Source: Octopus bimaculoides (taxonomy: Eukaryota). Taken from it: 64,000 nt of DNA. The number at the start of each line of letters is the position of its first letter. Within the stretch, counting starts at the first letter, position 1. The position numbers and the translations under genes were made by a program. Shown piece by piece: positions 24,620 to 37,773 of this stretch. The DNA lies in the NCBI RefSeq assembly GCF_001194135.2, contig NC_068988.1, positions 61,861,838 to 61,925,837 of the forward strand, written 5' to 3'. The notes beneath the pieces are model-generated. The model had not been told where the DNA came from and made no database searches. It saw only the letters and a program-made list of their open reading frames with translations.

Positions 24620-26399
24620 TGTGTATGTACGCTTCCATATGTATATACACATGCACCATTGCATATGTATGTCTATAAATGTATGGATGCATATACGTAT
24701 TGCTGTATGTATGGAGATAGGGTCACACTCACAAAAACACACATACACTTATATGTGTGTCTTTGTGTGCGTGCAAATGAATATCGTTACATGTCATTAC
24801 ATTCACGCATTTTTTGCAACGTTTTATGACTTTTATATAGAATTTTATTTGCTTCATAAATTTTTTATATTTAATTAATTATTACAATTAATTTTAATTA
24901 CTTGATATTTAAATGTGGGCATTCAGTGATGACTATGGCTGCCACATTTCTCTCTTTCTCATGGATTTTATAATATAATATTAATTAACCTATGCAGAAA
25001 CACATAAGAAAAGCACAAAGGCATAAAACAAACTCATTCAAGAAATACGCACCAGGCCACAAGCGCCATTATGTCTCGCTTTTCGGATGTGGTGACGATA
25101 AGTAAAATACAATCGACATTGAGGCCACTATAAGTCTCAATGAAAAGCACAAACCAAATTAGGGGTGTAATGGGAACAGCAAAATGAAATGACTTTTGAC
25201 CACGTCTCTTAGTCTCGATTTAATTTTTAACCAACATGATAAATCATTAGCATTTTAATTAACCCCTATTTTTTATCCACGGAAAGATTCAGAGATATAA
25301 AAGTTTTAAGCTACAAATATGACAAGGGAAATTTCATCATGAATATTATCTCTATGAATAACAAGTGGTTATGCCTTTACTAACATAATTTAGTTATCCG
25401 TACAATTCAATTAAGGAAATTAAATATATAGCCAGTAGGAAATATTAACTAGCTCAATGATTAATTCTCGACAAGAATGTCTGGAAAGATATCAATGAAA
25501 TTGTAATAATTTAAAACTAATTAAAATTTGAAGTGGGTATTTTCCCTAATGAGTGGCAAATACCGTGACTTAACTCTTACACGTTTCTGTTTTATTACAG
25601 CTTCTCAGAGTATAATATTATTTATTAGTACTTGACAGATGTGTTTTCATAGCTGAGCTAGAACATGTTAGAAAATTAAAAGCATAGAGCCAGTCATGTG
25701 TAACTTAATCTCATAAGAGTTCAGCCATTTTTTTCATAGGATATTCCTTTTATGTCCAACAAGATCTTCTAAACGGTTTCTGTATATTAATAGAACACAA
25801 CTCAGAAAGCATCGACTAATGTGGGGCACCTGCTAAAGTCACTTGCCCAGTGTACAATGCAGCGGAAGAGCATTCATCATCACAAGATCGTAAAATGATT
25901 TACTTAACCACATAGAAAAAAACGTCTCAACCTGAGTCTATTTTGGAGATACTTGCTCAAGAGGCAACACAGTGGAATGAAGCACAAATCATTACTCAAA
26001 AAAAGTAAACTTGATAACTACGCAACCACGCTTATATAACATAGATGAGACGATTCTAAATGTGAAAATGTCACGTCCTTGTTTTAATATATTTTAGTAT
26101 AAGCCACTGGGAGAGGCTATATTTTTCTGTATTTTAAGACATTACTTGAATGTATGCTACAAACTGTTATGTATGCTACATATAATATAAAAGATTGCCT
26201 TAACTGCTACGTCACTTGTATTGAGAAGAGCATTGTCGCTGTGAATTGTATTTCCTTTTTCCCCCTTTATTTTCTTTGTTTATTTTTTCATGTTTTTTCT
26301 TTCTCTTCTTTCTCTATTACCTGACTTTGAAAATCAACAATCTGGGGTCTTTCTTTCAATGGCCTACCAATGTATAAAAGTGAGTTTCTCTACCTTAGA

Positions 26400-26552
26400 C
26401 ATCAGGAAGAAACTCAGCAAGAATATATCTACCCCGAAAGGGTGAAAGGAAAAGTCGACCTTGGCTGAATTTGGACTCAGAGCATAAAGATGGACAAAAT
26501 CCCGTTAAGTATTTTAACCGGCATGCTAAAGATCCTGCCAGCTCGCTGCCTT
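26400..26552 (-). mobile_element. Nin/Deu-like SINE (5' part)
   Basis: ccccgaaagggtgaaaggaaaagtcgaccttggctgaatttggactc ... ctgccagctcgctgcc. Confidence 0.85.
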
Positions 26553-26578
26553 AATAATAATGATAAAGTTAATAACAC

Positions 26579-26931
26579 AAGCACTCAGAGAGTGCAAACC
26601 TCCGCCAACGCAAGACCAACGTCCTCTTAACAATTAGCCAGAGATGATTTTAAAATGGGAATATCTAAAATAAACTCGGCTGCTGTCACAAACAAGAATA
26701 CTAGAAATGAAACCGATCGCTCCCAAAAATTAAGTAAAATATCAGGAAAAATAGCCCACAAACCTTGTCCGGTACTGGATCGATCCCAACATCTAATCAT
26801 TTCGTTCCGGTCACAAGGCCAAACATCCCTGAAAGTTTCATCCGAATCTATGCAGCGATTCTCGAAATATTTTGTCCAAGGAGAAACAAGCTAACGCGTC
26901 TGAAAACAATACCTCTGCCTTCGGTAAGCAG

Positions 26932-26937
<6 letters not shown>
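26579..26937. mobile_element. non-autonomous Helentron/HINE-like element
   Basis: Short end hairpin cactc-aga-gagtg, subterminal acctccgcc, terminal hairpin acctctgcctt-cggt-aagcagtggt, AA (TT) flanks; second copy at 58609. Confidence 0.55.
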
Positions 26938-27011
<74 letters not shown>

Positions 27012-27045
27012 GTAATAATTTTAAAAATATTCAGACAAATACATA

Positions 27046-27240
27046 ACAAAAATACCAGGACTTACAAATATTTATAACATATAGAACATTGCACTACTGG
27101 GTACTGCACACATTCTACGCAAAACACTTTCAATACAGTAAACATAAGAGCACCACAGCAAACCACAGCACATACCCAAGGCGCACAGAGCTGCGCTCGG
27201 TAGTGAAGTGAAAGCACGTTATAAAAATAAAACTACTGAA
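27046..27240 (+). mobile_element. R4/Dong-like LINE 3' end within (TAA)n
   Basis: TKIPGLTNIYNI*NIALLGTAHILRKTLSIQ* (Q..ALLGTA.ILR motif); AAT repeats on both sides. Confidence 0.8.
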
Positions 27241-29343
27241 CAATAATAATAATAATAATAATTATACTAATACTAATTTCCGCCAATATTTTGCGCAGCT
27301 GTAGCTAAAACAAAGCTATCTATTGTTTAAATAGTCATTCATTATCCTATGTGACGTCATAAACATCAATAGTTACAGCAACACCGATACCAATGACAAC
27401 TACAAAGCCAACCCTGAAAAGATTATCGTTTTAGTCATTGAAAACAAAGTACGAACTGTAGTATTTTTATTTTCGATCTATCATTTCTTTTTTCTTTTGC
27501 CTACTTACCCAAAAATTATAAGTTTCAGTGATATCACCATCATTATCCTCGTAGTTGCCAAACCAGCATCACCAACGCCACTAAAATGTAACATCACCTC
27601 GAGCTCCCAGACCAAAACTAAAAATGAAAAGAAGCATCGTCATGAACATTAACGTGATCATCAGGGCAGTCGTCAACATCGTCAGTTTTCACCAACATCA
27701 TCGTAATCATCATCATCGTCAGCGTCATCATCATCATTACCACCATAGCTATCATCATAAGTAGCATCAAGAGAGTTTTTGTCGCCATCGTCATCATCCT
27801 CGTCATCATCAATACCGTCATCCTTGCTGTCATCGTCGTCCTACCCATCTTCCTCCACCTTCCTTCCTCCTCCCCTTTACTTCCTATTCATCTACTTCCT
27901 CCTCGTTCTTCTAGCCCACCTAATTCTCCCCATCCTCGTCCTCCTCCACCACAATCATTATCGTTGTCGTCGTCGTAAATATCATCATCTTTGAAGAGAC
28001 AGTCATTGAGTAAACAAAACATACCTGAAATAGTAAGCATTAGCAGAGCGTATACACACACGCACGCGCACACACATGCACACACACACACACATACACA
28101 CACACACAAGCACATATTCCTATTTCTATCTATCTATCTATAAAATTTTCAAATATATATATATATATACACACACATATATGTTTGTGTGTATGTGTGT
28201 GTATATATATATATGTGTATATATATATATATATANNNNNNNNNNNNNNNNNNNNNNNNNNNNNNNNNNNNNNNNNNNNNNNNNNNNNNNNNNNNNNNNN
28301 NNNNNNNNNNNNNNNNNNNNNNNNNNNNNNNNNNNNNNNNNNNNNNNNNNNNNNNNNNNNNNNNNNNNNNNNNNNNNNNNNNNNNNNNNNNNNNNNNNNN
28401 NNNNNNNNNNNNNNNNNNNNNNNNNNNNNNNNNNNNNNNNNNNNNNNNNNNNNNNNNNNNNNNNNNNNNNNNNNNNNNNNNNNNNNNNNNNNNNNNNNNN
28501 NNNNNNNNNNNNNNNNNNNNNNNNNNNNNNNNNNNNNNNNNNNNNNNNNNNNNNNNNNNNNNNNNNNNNNNNNNNNNNNNNNNNNNNNNNNNNNNNNNNN
28601 NNNNNNNNNNNNNNNNNNNNNNNNNNNNNNNNNNNNNNNNNNNNNNNNNNNNNNNNNNNNNNNNNNNNNNNNNNNNNNNNNNNNNNNNNNNNNNNNNNNN
28701 NNNNNNNNNNNNNNNNNNNNNNNNNNNNNNNNNNNNNNNNNNNNNNNNNNNNNNNNNNNNNNNNNNNNNNNNNNNNNNNNNNNNNNNNNNNNNNNNNNNN
28801 NNNNNNNNNNNNNNNNNNNNNNNNNNNNNNNNNNNNNNNNNNNNNNNNNNNNNNNNNNNNNNNNNNNNNNNNNNNNNNNNNNNNNNNNNNNNNNNNNNNN
28901 NNNNNNNNNNNNNNNNNNNNNNNNNNNNNNNNNNNNNNNNNNNNNNNNNNNNNNNNNNNNNNNNNNNNNNNNNNNNNNNNNNNNNNNNNNNNNNNNNNNN
29001 NNNNNNNNNNNNNNNNNNNNNNNNNNNNNNNNNNNNNNNNNNNNNNNNNNNNNNNNNNNNNNNNNNNNNNNNNNNNNNNNNNNNNNNNNNNNNNNNNNNN
29101 NNNNNNNNNNNNNNNNNNNNNNNNNNNNNNNNNNNNNNNNNNNNNNNNNNNNNNNNNNNNNNNNNNNNNNNNNNNNNNNNNNNNNNNNNNNNNNNNNNNN
29201 NNNNTATATATATATATATATGTATACACACATGTATACATACATACGTATACATATACAGATACAAACAAATATAAACATACAAATGTATGTCTGTATG
29301 TCTGTATATAAACATTTATATATGAATTCAAATGATTTTGTAC

Positions 29344-29393
<50 letters not shown>

Positions 29394-30166
29394 ATGCAAA
29401 TGTTTATATACACATACACATATATATATAAGCACACACACACGCATATATATATCTGTGCGCGTTTGTGTTTCAGCTGCATATGAAGATGTGTGGACAC
29501 TAGCATACCTCATACAAACCCGCTGATATCTACATAATGGTCAACAAGAGACTTAGGAACCTAATATAATTGCCACTCCTTTAATAGTTATGATAAATTT
29601 ATTCTAAATTAAACTTTCCTAAATGGCGCTACAATTGCTATAATTATATTTAAAAAACGCCACCTCCTAGATGTCTTCCATTTTCGGCGACACTGAGACG
29701 GCCATATATAGCAGTATTTTTCAGAACAGAGCTCTGTTTCTGGCGGCAAAATCCCATTTGTACGCAGCTTAAATTCTTTGCTCGCTACGTTGTCTTCATA
29801 CTCATATGCAATTATGCTTATATATATACACACGCACATACATACACACAAACACTGACACATACCCCGACACATACTTATATATACACACGTTTGTTTC
29901 AAGTGTGTTGACCGAGGGTTTGTTACAGCCAACCAAGCATTCCACAATACTAAGGAATATTGAATGTATTTTTCAGTTTCTTTTATATATCGTGATACGA
30001 ATTTCATGTAATCTTATGACAAATGAATATGCGTTATTGAGAAGGAGGCTTAAACGACTCTATGGGTTTTAGGAATTACTACTGCCACTATTTCATTTCG
30101 AGGAAATATATAATGTATGTTAGATAAAAAACATACAGTTATATATTCAAGAGATGAGGAATTATG

Positions 30167-30336
30167 TACATTATTTACAGTATTTACATTTGACGGATAT
30201 TTGTCCTCATCTTGTTTGTTGTTAACACGGGCATATAGCGCAGTGATTAAGAGCGCGATCTACTAACCCCAAGATTCCGAGTTCGATTCAAGGCAGTGTC
30301 CTGAATAATAATAATAACAACAACAACAACAACAAC

Positions 30337-30392
<56 letters not shown>

Positions 30393-30943
30393 TAATAATA
30401 GATGCAGTACCAGACAGTGGTTCTCATGGCTTCTTATCTTAACGGATTGGAGGTGCTATCATGTATATTGCGTTGTCTTGGTATAAAAGATGGGTTATAG
30501 CAAATATTCTGCTCAATACCAGAGAAATGCTTGTCAGTTGCTTGATCTTGACCAGTTGAGCATGTCCCTTAGTGGCTGACGGTATGTGCATCTATGATCA
30601 CGAGCAGAAGTAGTAGGGGAGCATCATAGTCATGTGTTGAGAGGAATTCGTTTGGATAATTTCCCTTTGGAAACATGTGTATTTCGCTCGACGTCATCAA
30701 ACAACCTTCATTCAGGGACCTTTTGAGCCGGATGGGTTACTCGAACTGGAGAAAATTCTAGCTGGACCCCACCTCCAAGGTCATGCGCTGTTTATCTTGA
30801 TACGAGACCACCATGTTGTGCACATATGGTTGTGATGCATGTGTCTGGTGCACCCTTATCAGATGGGTAGTCATGATGAGTATTTTGGACTTCGTATATT
30901 TTACCCCAGTGTCACTTTGATGGCATGCCCTGCTCTCTTACTC

Positions 30944-30985
<42 letters not shown>

Positions 30986-31099
30986 GTCGCAAAATACCTT
31001 AGGAATGAGAACCCAGATTCGAAATTTCCCCAAGACAGCTGATGTTGTGTTAACATCGAACAAGATAAAGAGAAATACGCGTCAAATGTAAATAATGTA
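30167..31099 (+). mobile_element. composite tRNA-headed SINE with internal (AAT)n and an inverted copy of its tail at the 5' end
   Basis: Head 30229-30303 has A-box tagcgcagtga and B-box gagttcgattc; tail 31047-31099 matches the reverse complement of 30167-30227. Confidence 0.75.
30401..30945 (+). mobile_element. non-coding interspersed repeat inserted in (AAT)n, probably a LINE 3' UTR
   Basis: Higher-GC block with sharp edges, bounded by AAT repeats on both sides; resembles an abundant octopus repeat (from memory). Dong affinity is inferred from the target only. Confidence 0.5.
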
Positions 31100-31596
31100 A
31101 AAACACATAAATGTTTGCCTAGGAGTAGTGTACATCGGGAATCCTTATATTATAATTACACTATATTCAAAATAGTTCTGTATTTTTCAAAATTATTCTG
31201 TGCTGAAATGAGCTGCCACTTGTAGGCTGTGTCTTAGTCTTGGCACAGTTTCAGTTCAACTATGATATGATCGTTGTACAAAATGCAGGAGCATAGTTCT
31301 AAGCCGTATACTTGTGACTACCATAGCAATATTGTTCCATTTTCCAAACAAATATGAACCGATAATAATTCGATAATGTTTCACTTCTAAAGAGTACATT
31401 GTTTGGTGCTTATTGATGCACAGTTTATTGACAAAATAATTGAAAAACCTTATCACATAGACGTTATATTATCAAATACGATTTTGGCATATCTTTGGGA
31501 CCAATCACATCTTTAATACGTCGAAGGCTTGAAACATTGTTGTTAGTGAAATTTTTCAGCCATTTTGGAAGTAAATACCTGTTTCATCTCTTCCAG

Positions 31597-31652
31597 CGAC
31601 GATGCGAGAGAGTGAAGCGGCTCGCCGTTTGCTGCAACAAAGCACCGCATAA
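31597..31652 (+). CDS. candidate terminal coding exon (xTMRESEAARRLLQQSTA*)
   Basis: ctgtttcatctcttccag acceptor followed by a GC-rich, coding-like stretch. Confidence 0.25.
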
Positions 31653-32789
31653 ATATTTCATAATTTTCCGAAGCCTTTATTGTATGAGGCCAATGCAAGT
31701 AGTCTAATTCCCTTTTGTTATCTTCGTAGATATTTATTAGTCGTTCGAATCGGTAGATTGCGCTACCGTTAGTGAACAGTGTGTATTATCATAGGATTGA
31801 CATAATCTTCGAAAACATTCCAGTTATATGCTTACGCATTTGTCCTGCAAGAATCTTGATGTGAAATCCTGGAGGAGACAGGTGGGAGAGAGAGTCGTTG
31901 ATGCGGTAACAGAATGTGTGTCGAAAGAACTTTGACAAAGAGAATAAAATAATAATAATAAAGTTCAAGGAAATACCACATATGCAGCGCGTGTGTCTAA
32001 ATGGCAAATTATAACCATCTCCAGGTGTCACTAACAATTGTTGGTGCTCAATTTGTTGTGAACTGTAAACTCTATACTTTACGGTAGATTGAAATATTTA
32101 GGATGGATGGCATCTTTAGGCTGTATGCTGTCATAAAATCGTCCCAAGGTGGAGAAAGAGTGAATGACTTCTAGTCAGATATGAATTTCCACTACGGCAT
32201 TGATTATTTCAGATTATGCTGAGATCGTATTTCCCCCTACAACTGTTAATGTGGGAGAAATGTGATACAGCAATTGCAACCCTCTTACAACCTTCAGCTT
32301 TTTTGAGGCTCGTGACTAATAGTTTTTTCCTTGAGGCTGCGTGTACAATGTGGCGGGTTAGCTCAATTATTAATTTTGCTGATGTGCTTTGGGGTACAAT
32401 ACATTTCATTTTTTTGCACTCGTACACAATCGTCTATAGTTTGCGTCTAGAATGAAACATGCCAGAGCATGTTTTGCTTTGGTTTTGCAAAGCCAACATG
32501 ATTTTAGAGAAAGTAACTCTCCAAGCATTATTTGTTTTAGCGATTCAAATTTTGTCCTATTACAAATCAAGATACATGAAGCATTTTAACTTATTTAAAT
32601 ATGAATTGCTGAAAAAGAGAGAAAACAAAAAATTCTATCATAAAGTACAAGGTATGCATAATACATATGTATATATGTCTAAAGACATGATTTCATATGA
32701 ATTATACGAAGTTGTCATGCTGCAAGTTGAAAAAATATTTAAATATCCTGAGGTGCTTCATAAATTTATCTAGCCTCTCTGTCTGTCTG

Positions 32790-32844
<55 letters not shown>

Positions 32845-33234
32845 ATATCTATCTATCTGTCTACGCATCTATCTATTCTCGATTACCGATTTGACAGAAA
32901 AAATCGCGCCCGCCAAATGAGAAGCCGCCGGTAGACACGAAATTCTAAATATCAAGATGTTATTCTCGCTCCAGGACAGTGGTTTCGATGATCCATTGGA
33001 GCCCGTGTCATTGATTAGATATAAATAGTGTATCAGCTTTCTGCTCCCATCCCGGCGTTTACAAAACGACCATTCTGTCACCAACACTGTACACTACGTA
33101 TATTGTACACTATTTTAAACTAGGTCTTACTTTGAACGCAATAGTCAGTTATATATACGAGTAATATATCTGTGATTTAATAACATTTCGTACAACCCTA
33201 AATATACTGTCATATACTACAGCGTTATTTTCAA

Positions 33235-33283
<49 letters not shown>

Positions 33284-34900
33284 ACACACACACAAATACA
33301 CACACACAATCACACACGCACACTCACACGCACATATATGTTTTTTCTGTCTCTGTATGTCCTTCACCACGGCTTGACAACCGGTGTTGGTGTGTTTACA
33401 TCCCCGTAATCACACCAATACCGGACCAAGTGAATACATAACCAGCTTAAAACAATTTTTTTACGGCTGCGCCACATCACGTCCTCGGATTAATGACTAA
33501 AACAAGCAATATATATATATAATTCATTCGCAAAGGCATACATTATTTGAAACCATAGTCCCACCAAAACTAGAATGATAATTTTAGAAAAAAAGACGTA
33601 AAATTTTAAGGATGTTTTAGTTAAAACACTCATCCACTTTACCTGATTTTGTTTTTACATTTTGCAGATAATTTAGAAAAAAACAAATATACACCTTTAC
33701 ATTGAAATAATTGTTTCGAACTGCCTATTTTAGACGCTAAATGTGAATATGGAAAGAGATAAATAGATATCATATATTTTTCATTAATGTATAAAAACGT
33801 TTTTTGTAATAGTATCGATAACCTTTTAATGTTTTCAAAGATAAGTGTACGTATGGATCTAACAGTATCAAAAGTTATTTAAATATATGTGATAAAATAA
33901 AGATAAGAGATAGATAACATTATATTATTCGCAGGAAAGCAAAAAGAAACAAAATAAAAGAAAGAAAGAAAATCCATGGAAAAAAATAATAAGGCACCAA
34001 TAATAAAAAGAAGCGTTTGTGTTCTCTGGTGCTAAACTAGTTTCAATAAAAGCTTTAAACATTGGAATATTGTATGAATTTATATATGTATTTGTGTTTC
34101 TTTCAGTGTGTGTGAATCTTTATATTTATATTCATGCGTGTACATACACACACACACGCACGCACGCACGCGCGCACACACACACACACACACGCACACA
34201 CACACACGCGCACACACACACACAAACACAAGTATGTAACTATGTCTATCTATGTATACATACATATCAATTTGTGTACATATATATATATATGTATACA
34301 TACATACATATATATATATGTATATATATATATATATNNNNNNNNNNNNNNNNNNNNNNNNNNNNNNNNNNNNNNNNNNNNNNNNNNNNNNNNNNNNNNN
34401 NNNNNNNNNNNNNNNNNNNNNNNNNNNNNNNNNNNNNNNNNNNNNNNNNNNNNNNNNNNNNNNNNNNNNNNNNNNNNNNNNNNNNNNNNNNNNNNNNNNN
34501 NNNNNNNNNNNNNNNNNNNNNNNNNNNNNNNNNNNNNNNNNNNNNNNNNNNNNNNNNNNNNNNNNNNNNNNNNNNNNNNNNNNNNNNNNNNNNNNNNNNN
34601 NNNNNNNNNNNNNNNNNNNNNNNNNNNNNNNNNNNNNNNNNNNNNNNNNNNNNNNNNNNNNNNNNNNNNNNNNNNNNNNNNNNNNNNNNNNNNNNNNNNN
34701 NNNNNNNNNNNNNNNNNNNNNNNNNNNNNNNNNNNNNNNNNNNNNNNNNNNNNNNNNNNNNNNNNNNNNNNNNNNNNNNNNNNNNNNNNNNNNNNNNNNN
34801 NNNNNNNNNNNNNNNNNNNNNNNNNNNNNNNNNNNNNNNNNNNNNNNNNNNNNNNNNNNNNNNNNNNNNNNNNNNNNNNNNNNNNNNNNNNNNNNNNNNN

Positions 34901-34938
<38 letters not shown>

Positions 34939-35276
34939 TGTATTTATATGTATATATATATGTATATGCATATGTGTTTGTATGTATGTAGGTATATACA
35001 AAATATCTGAATTTTAATCTTTGCAGAGAAATATATTGGGAATTTAGGAATTGTAAATATTTTAAAAATAACCTTGTTTTGACATCATGTATTCAAACTG
35101 AATTCCATCATGACACAGTAACTATTGCCATTGAAAATAGATATATTCCACCATAATTAATACACCCGTCACTCATGTTAACCTTTCGTTGCTTTCCTTT
35201 AACTGAATTCCCACTGTTGCTCAATGTATTTCAATTCTATTGATTTCAGTGTATCATTCTTACTTTCAACCCGCAG

Positions 35277-35308
35277 ATGTAGAAGATCTAGAAAAAGATG
35301 AGGCGTAG
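35277..35308 (+). CDS. candidate terminal coding exon (DVEDLEKDEA*)
   Basis: ttcttactttcaacccgcag acceptor, purine-rich codons, AATAAA ~220 nt downstream. Confidence 0.25.
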
Positions 35309-35658
35309 ACGCAGTGTTTTTATCATAGAGCAAGAGATCAAATACAATATTTTCATATTAACGTATGCTATATGTCCTGAAATTTATTCTTCGGTCACTA
35401 ACAAAATTCCATTGAAGTTACTTTAGATTTGATGTTTATCAGAATGTCCATTAAATCTTTTGGAAATTTGTGTATAAATAACTGGTAGCCACAGTTGTTT
35501 TCCAAAGTATTAAATGTTGCATATTTAAAATAAAAAATGAACTCTGGATAGACTTTCGTAGATTAAATGTAACTTCTTTACACGAGTCCATGTACATTTA
35601 TTTGCAAGTTAAACAACTTATAAACTTTTAGTACCTTCGCTCAATTATTATTACAAAT

Positions 35659-36060
35659 TTTGGCACCACGATGGCAGTTTTTGAGGGGTGGGAAAGTCGA
35701 ATGTATCGTACATCAAAAGGACGAAAGGCAAAGTTGGTCACGACGGAATTTGAACGCAGTACGTAAAAACGGACGAAATGCCGAGAGAAGTTTCGTCGGA
35801 CGTGCAACCGGTTCAGCCAGCTTTCTCCACCTTACAGAAATAATACTTTCTACTACAAGCGCAAGGGTAGTAATTTTGTAGGTGCGAACTTCTCGATTGC
35901 ATCAACTCTAGTGCTCAACTGTTGTTTGTTTCGCCGATCCCGAAAGAATGAAAAAGGAAAGCTCACCTCGACCGAATTTGGACTCAGATATCAAAGACGA
36001 ACAAAATGTCACTATGTATCTTCCCGGCACAATGATTCTGTCAACACTCTGCCTTACTTT
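35659..36060 (-). mobile_element. two tandem Nin/Deu-like SINEs
   Basis: Degenerate copies at ~35659-35822 and ~35840-36058. Confidence 0.8.
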
Positions 36061-36648
36061 CGCAAAATGATAGGAATCATGAACAATCAAAGAGAGCACA
36101 AGGACGAAATTGTGCAGATGAATGTTTGTCCCAAATGGCAATTATTTTATTTTATTTTTTGAAATTATATTTTATTGTTTTTAAAGTGTTATCTGCTAAA
36201 CTAAACATGAAAGTACTTTATAATATGAACAAACGTGTTGAAAAAGATTCTGCATAGAGTCAGGTGTTCAACCACACTGTCAAGTTCTCTAGCCTACAGA
36301 TCATACACGGAGTTTAATTACACAACACACATGCAAATATATAAAAACATAGACACATGCTTACATATACACGCACACACAAGCTCATACACACAGAAAA
36401 CACAAACATATAGGCTCGTAAAGCTTTATTAATTTGGAAAGCAAGTTATTAAATGAAACCTTATATTCCTTTTAAACGATAATGATTGTATGATTTCATG
36501 ACATGAAAAGATTGCAATTGCGCATGTATGCAGTTCAGAAACTTGTATCAACATGTCTGCAGTAATATAAAATGTCACTGCATACTACGAAAATATGTTA
36601 CATACGTGCATTTATCCTATACAATATGTATGATTATGATTGTGTATA

Positions 36649-36822
36649 TACGAGGGGCTGCAGAAAATTTTTTTCGTTTTGGGTAACAGAAAATATAGGA
36701 TGTTCAGTTAATTATGATTTTATTCAGCATCTTCCTCTTTCAGATTCTCAGATATATTGCAGCAGTCCTTTGGTCGTCTAAAGCCCTATAAAAAGCCTTG
36801 AAAATGTTGTCCTTCAACCAGG
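36649..36822. mobile_element. truncated mariner-type MITE
   Basis: TA-cgaggggctgcagaaaa..ttgggtaacagaaaata; homologous to 44314-44531. Confidence 0.7.
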
Positions 36823-36836
36823 CACACACACACACA

Positions 36837-37490
36837 CAAGGTTGGAATAAAAGTTGTGTCCGATCTTCTGGATGAAATTTTAGACGACATTTATTTAAAC
36901 ATTGTCTTTTGTAATCAATCTTTGAATGCAACATTGAATAATGTATATTTTCTTCTTTCAGTTTAAAAGAATACTGTTCCCAATCTTTTTCGATATTCAC
37001 CTCCAATGTTCGTCCCAATTAAAGAACACATTAGACATGCTTTACCCTACTACATTCATAAAGATGCCAATGCGAATGCAGCAACAAAAACCACTCAGAA
37101 CATTTATGGAAATGATGCAGCAAATGAAGAAAGTTCCAGGAGATATTTTTCCCGTTTTCCAAGTGGGAACTTTAGCTTAGACGACGAGTCAAATGAGGTT
37201 CATCCAAAAGTTCTCGATTCCCAGTAAATCCTGTTACAAGGGAACAGCAATGCCAAGCTCTAGTGCGATTATCTTCGTCGTTTGAAAGCTGCTTTAGGTG
37301 GACAACAATCGCCCATCCGTATTCAAGAGACATGGAGTCATTCTGAAAAAATATATTTTCAAAGCCTATGAAGATATGGTGCATTTGACATTTAGAGCAC
37401 ATTCCCTCCTCCAGATTTCCTGAACAGATTTTCTTAAATGAACTAACAGTTGGTCATGTGGTGGACTAATAAGGAGACAGAAAGATATTC
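36837..37490 (+). mobile_element. internally deleted mariner transposon (transposase pseudogene)
   Basis: ORF 37006-37227 KEHIRHALPY..AA.K..NIYGNDA.NE..RRYFSRF.SGNFSLDDE is the mariner N-terminal HTH; HPYSRDM at ~37313 corresponds to HPPYSPDL. Confidence 0.9.
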
Positions 37491-37655
37491 GTGAGCTGAT
37501 GTTGAAAAAATTTATCTTAGAACACGCTATGTTGGAACATTTTTCTCATAATCGCTCACTATGGCGTAATGTTTTGTACTCTGTAGCACTGCACTCAGAA
37601 TGACAAAGGATCAGAGAAACGAAGCAGAGGGGGGACTGCACTCGGAACAAGTATT

Positions 37656-37773
37656 CTACCGCGCACTGTTTCTGCTACCATATTTTGACAATAGAACCGA
37701 AGATTTTATGCCAAAGCTGGCAAAGGCCCCAACCCCGAAAATGACAGCTGCTAATCCAGCCATACTGAAAGAC
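37656..37773 (-). CDS. candidate terminal exon with a hydrophobic helix (SFSMAGLAAVIFGVGAFASFGIKSSVLLSKYGSRNSAR*)
   Basis: gttcgtctctcag acceptor, GC-rich island, TM-like segment; the opposite strand is also open. Confidence 0.2.

Noticed and set aside
30229-30303. tRNA gene call
   Set aside because: The acceptor stem is not closed and the sequence continues into a SINE body, so it is a tRNA-derived head.
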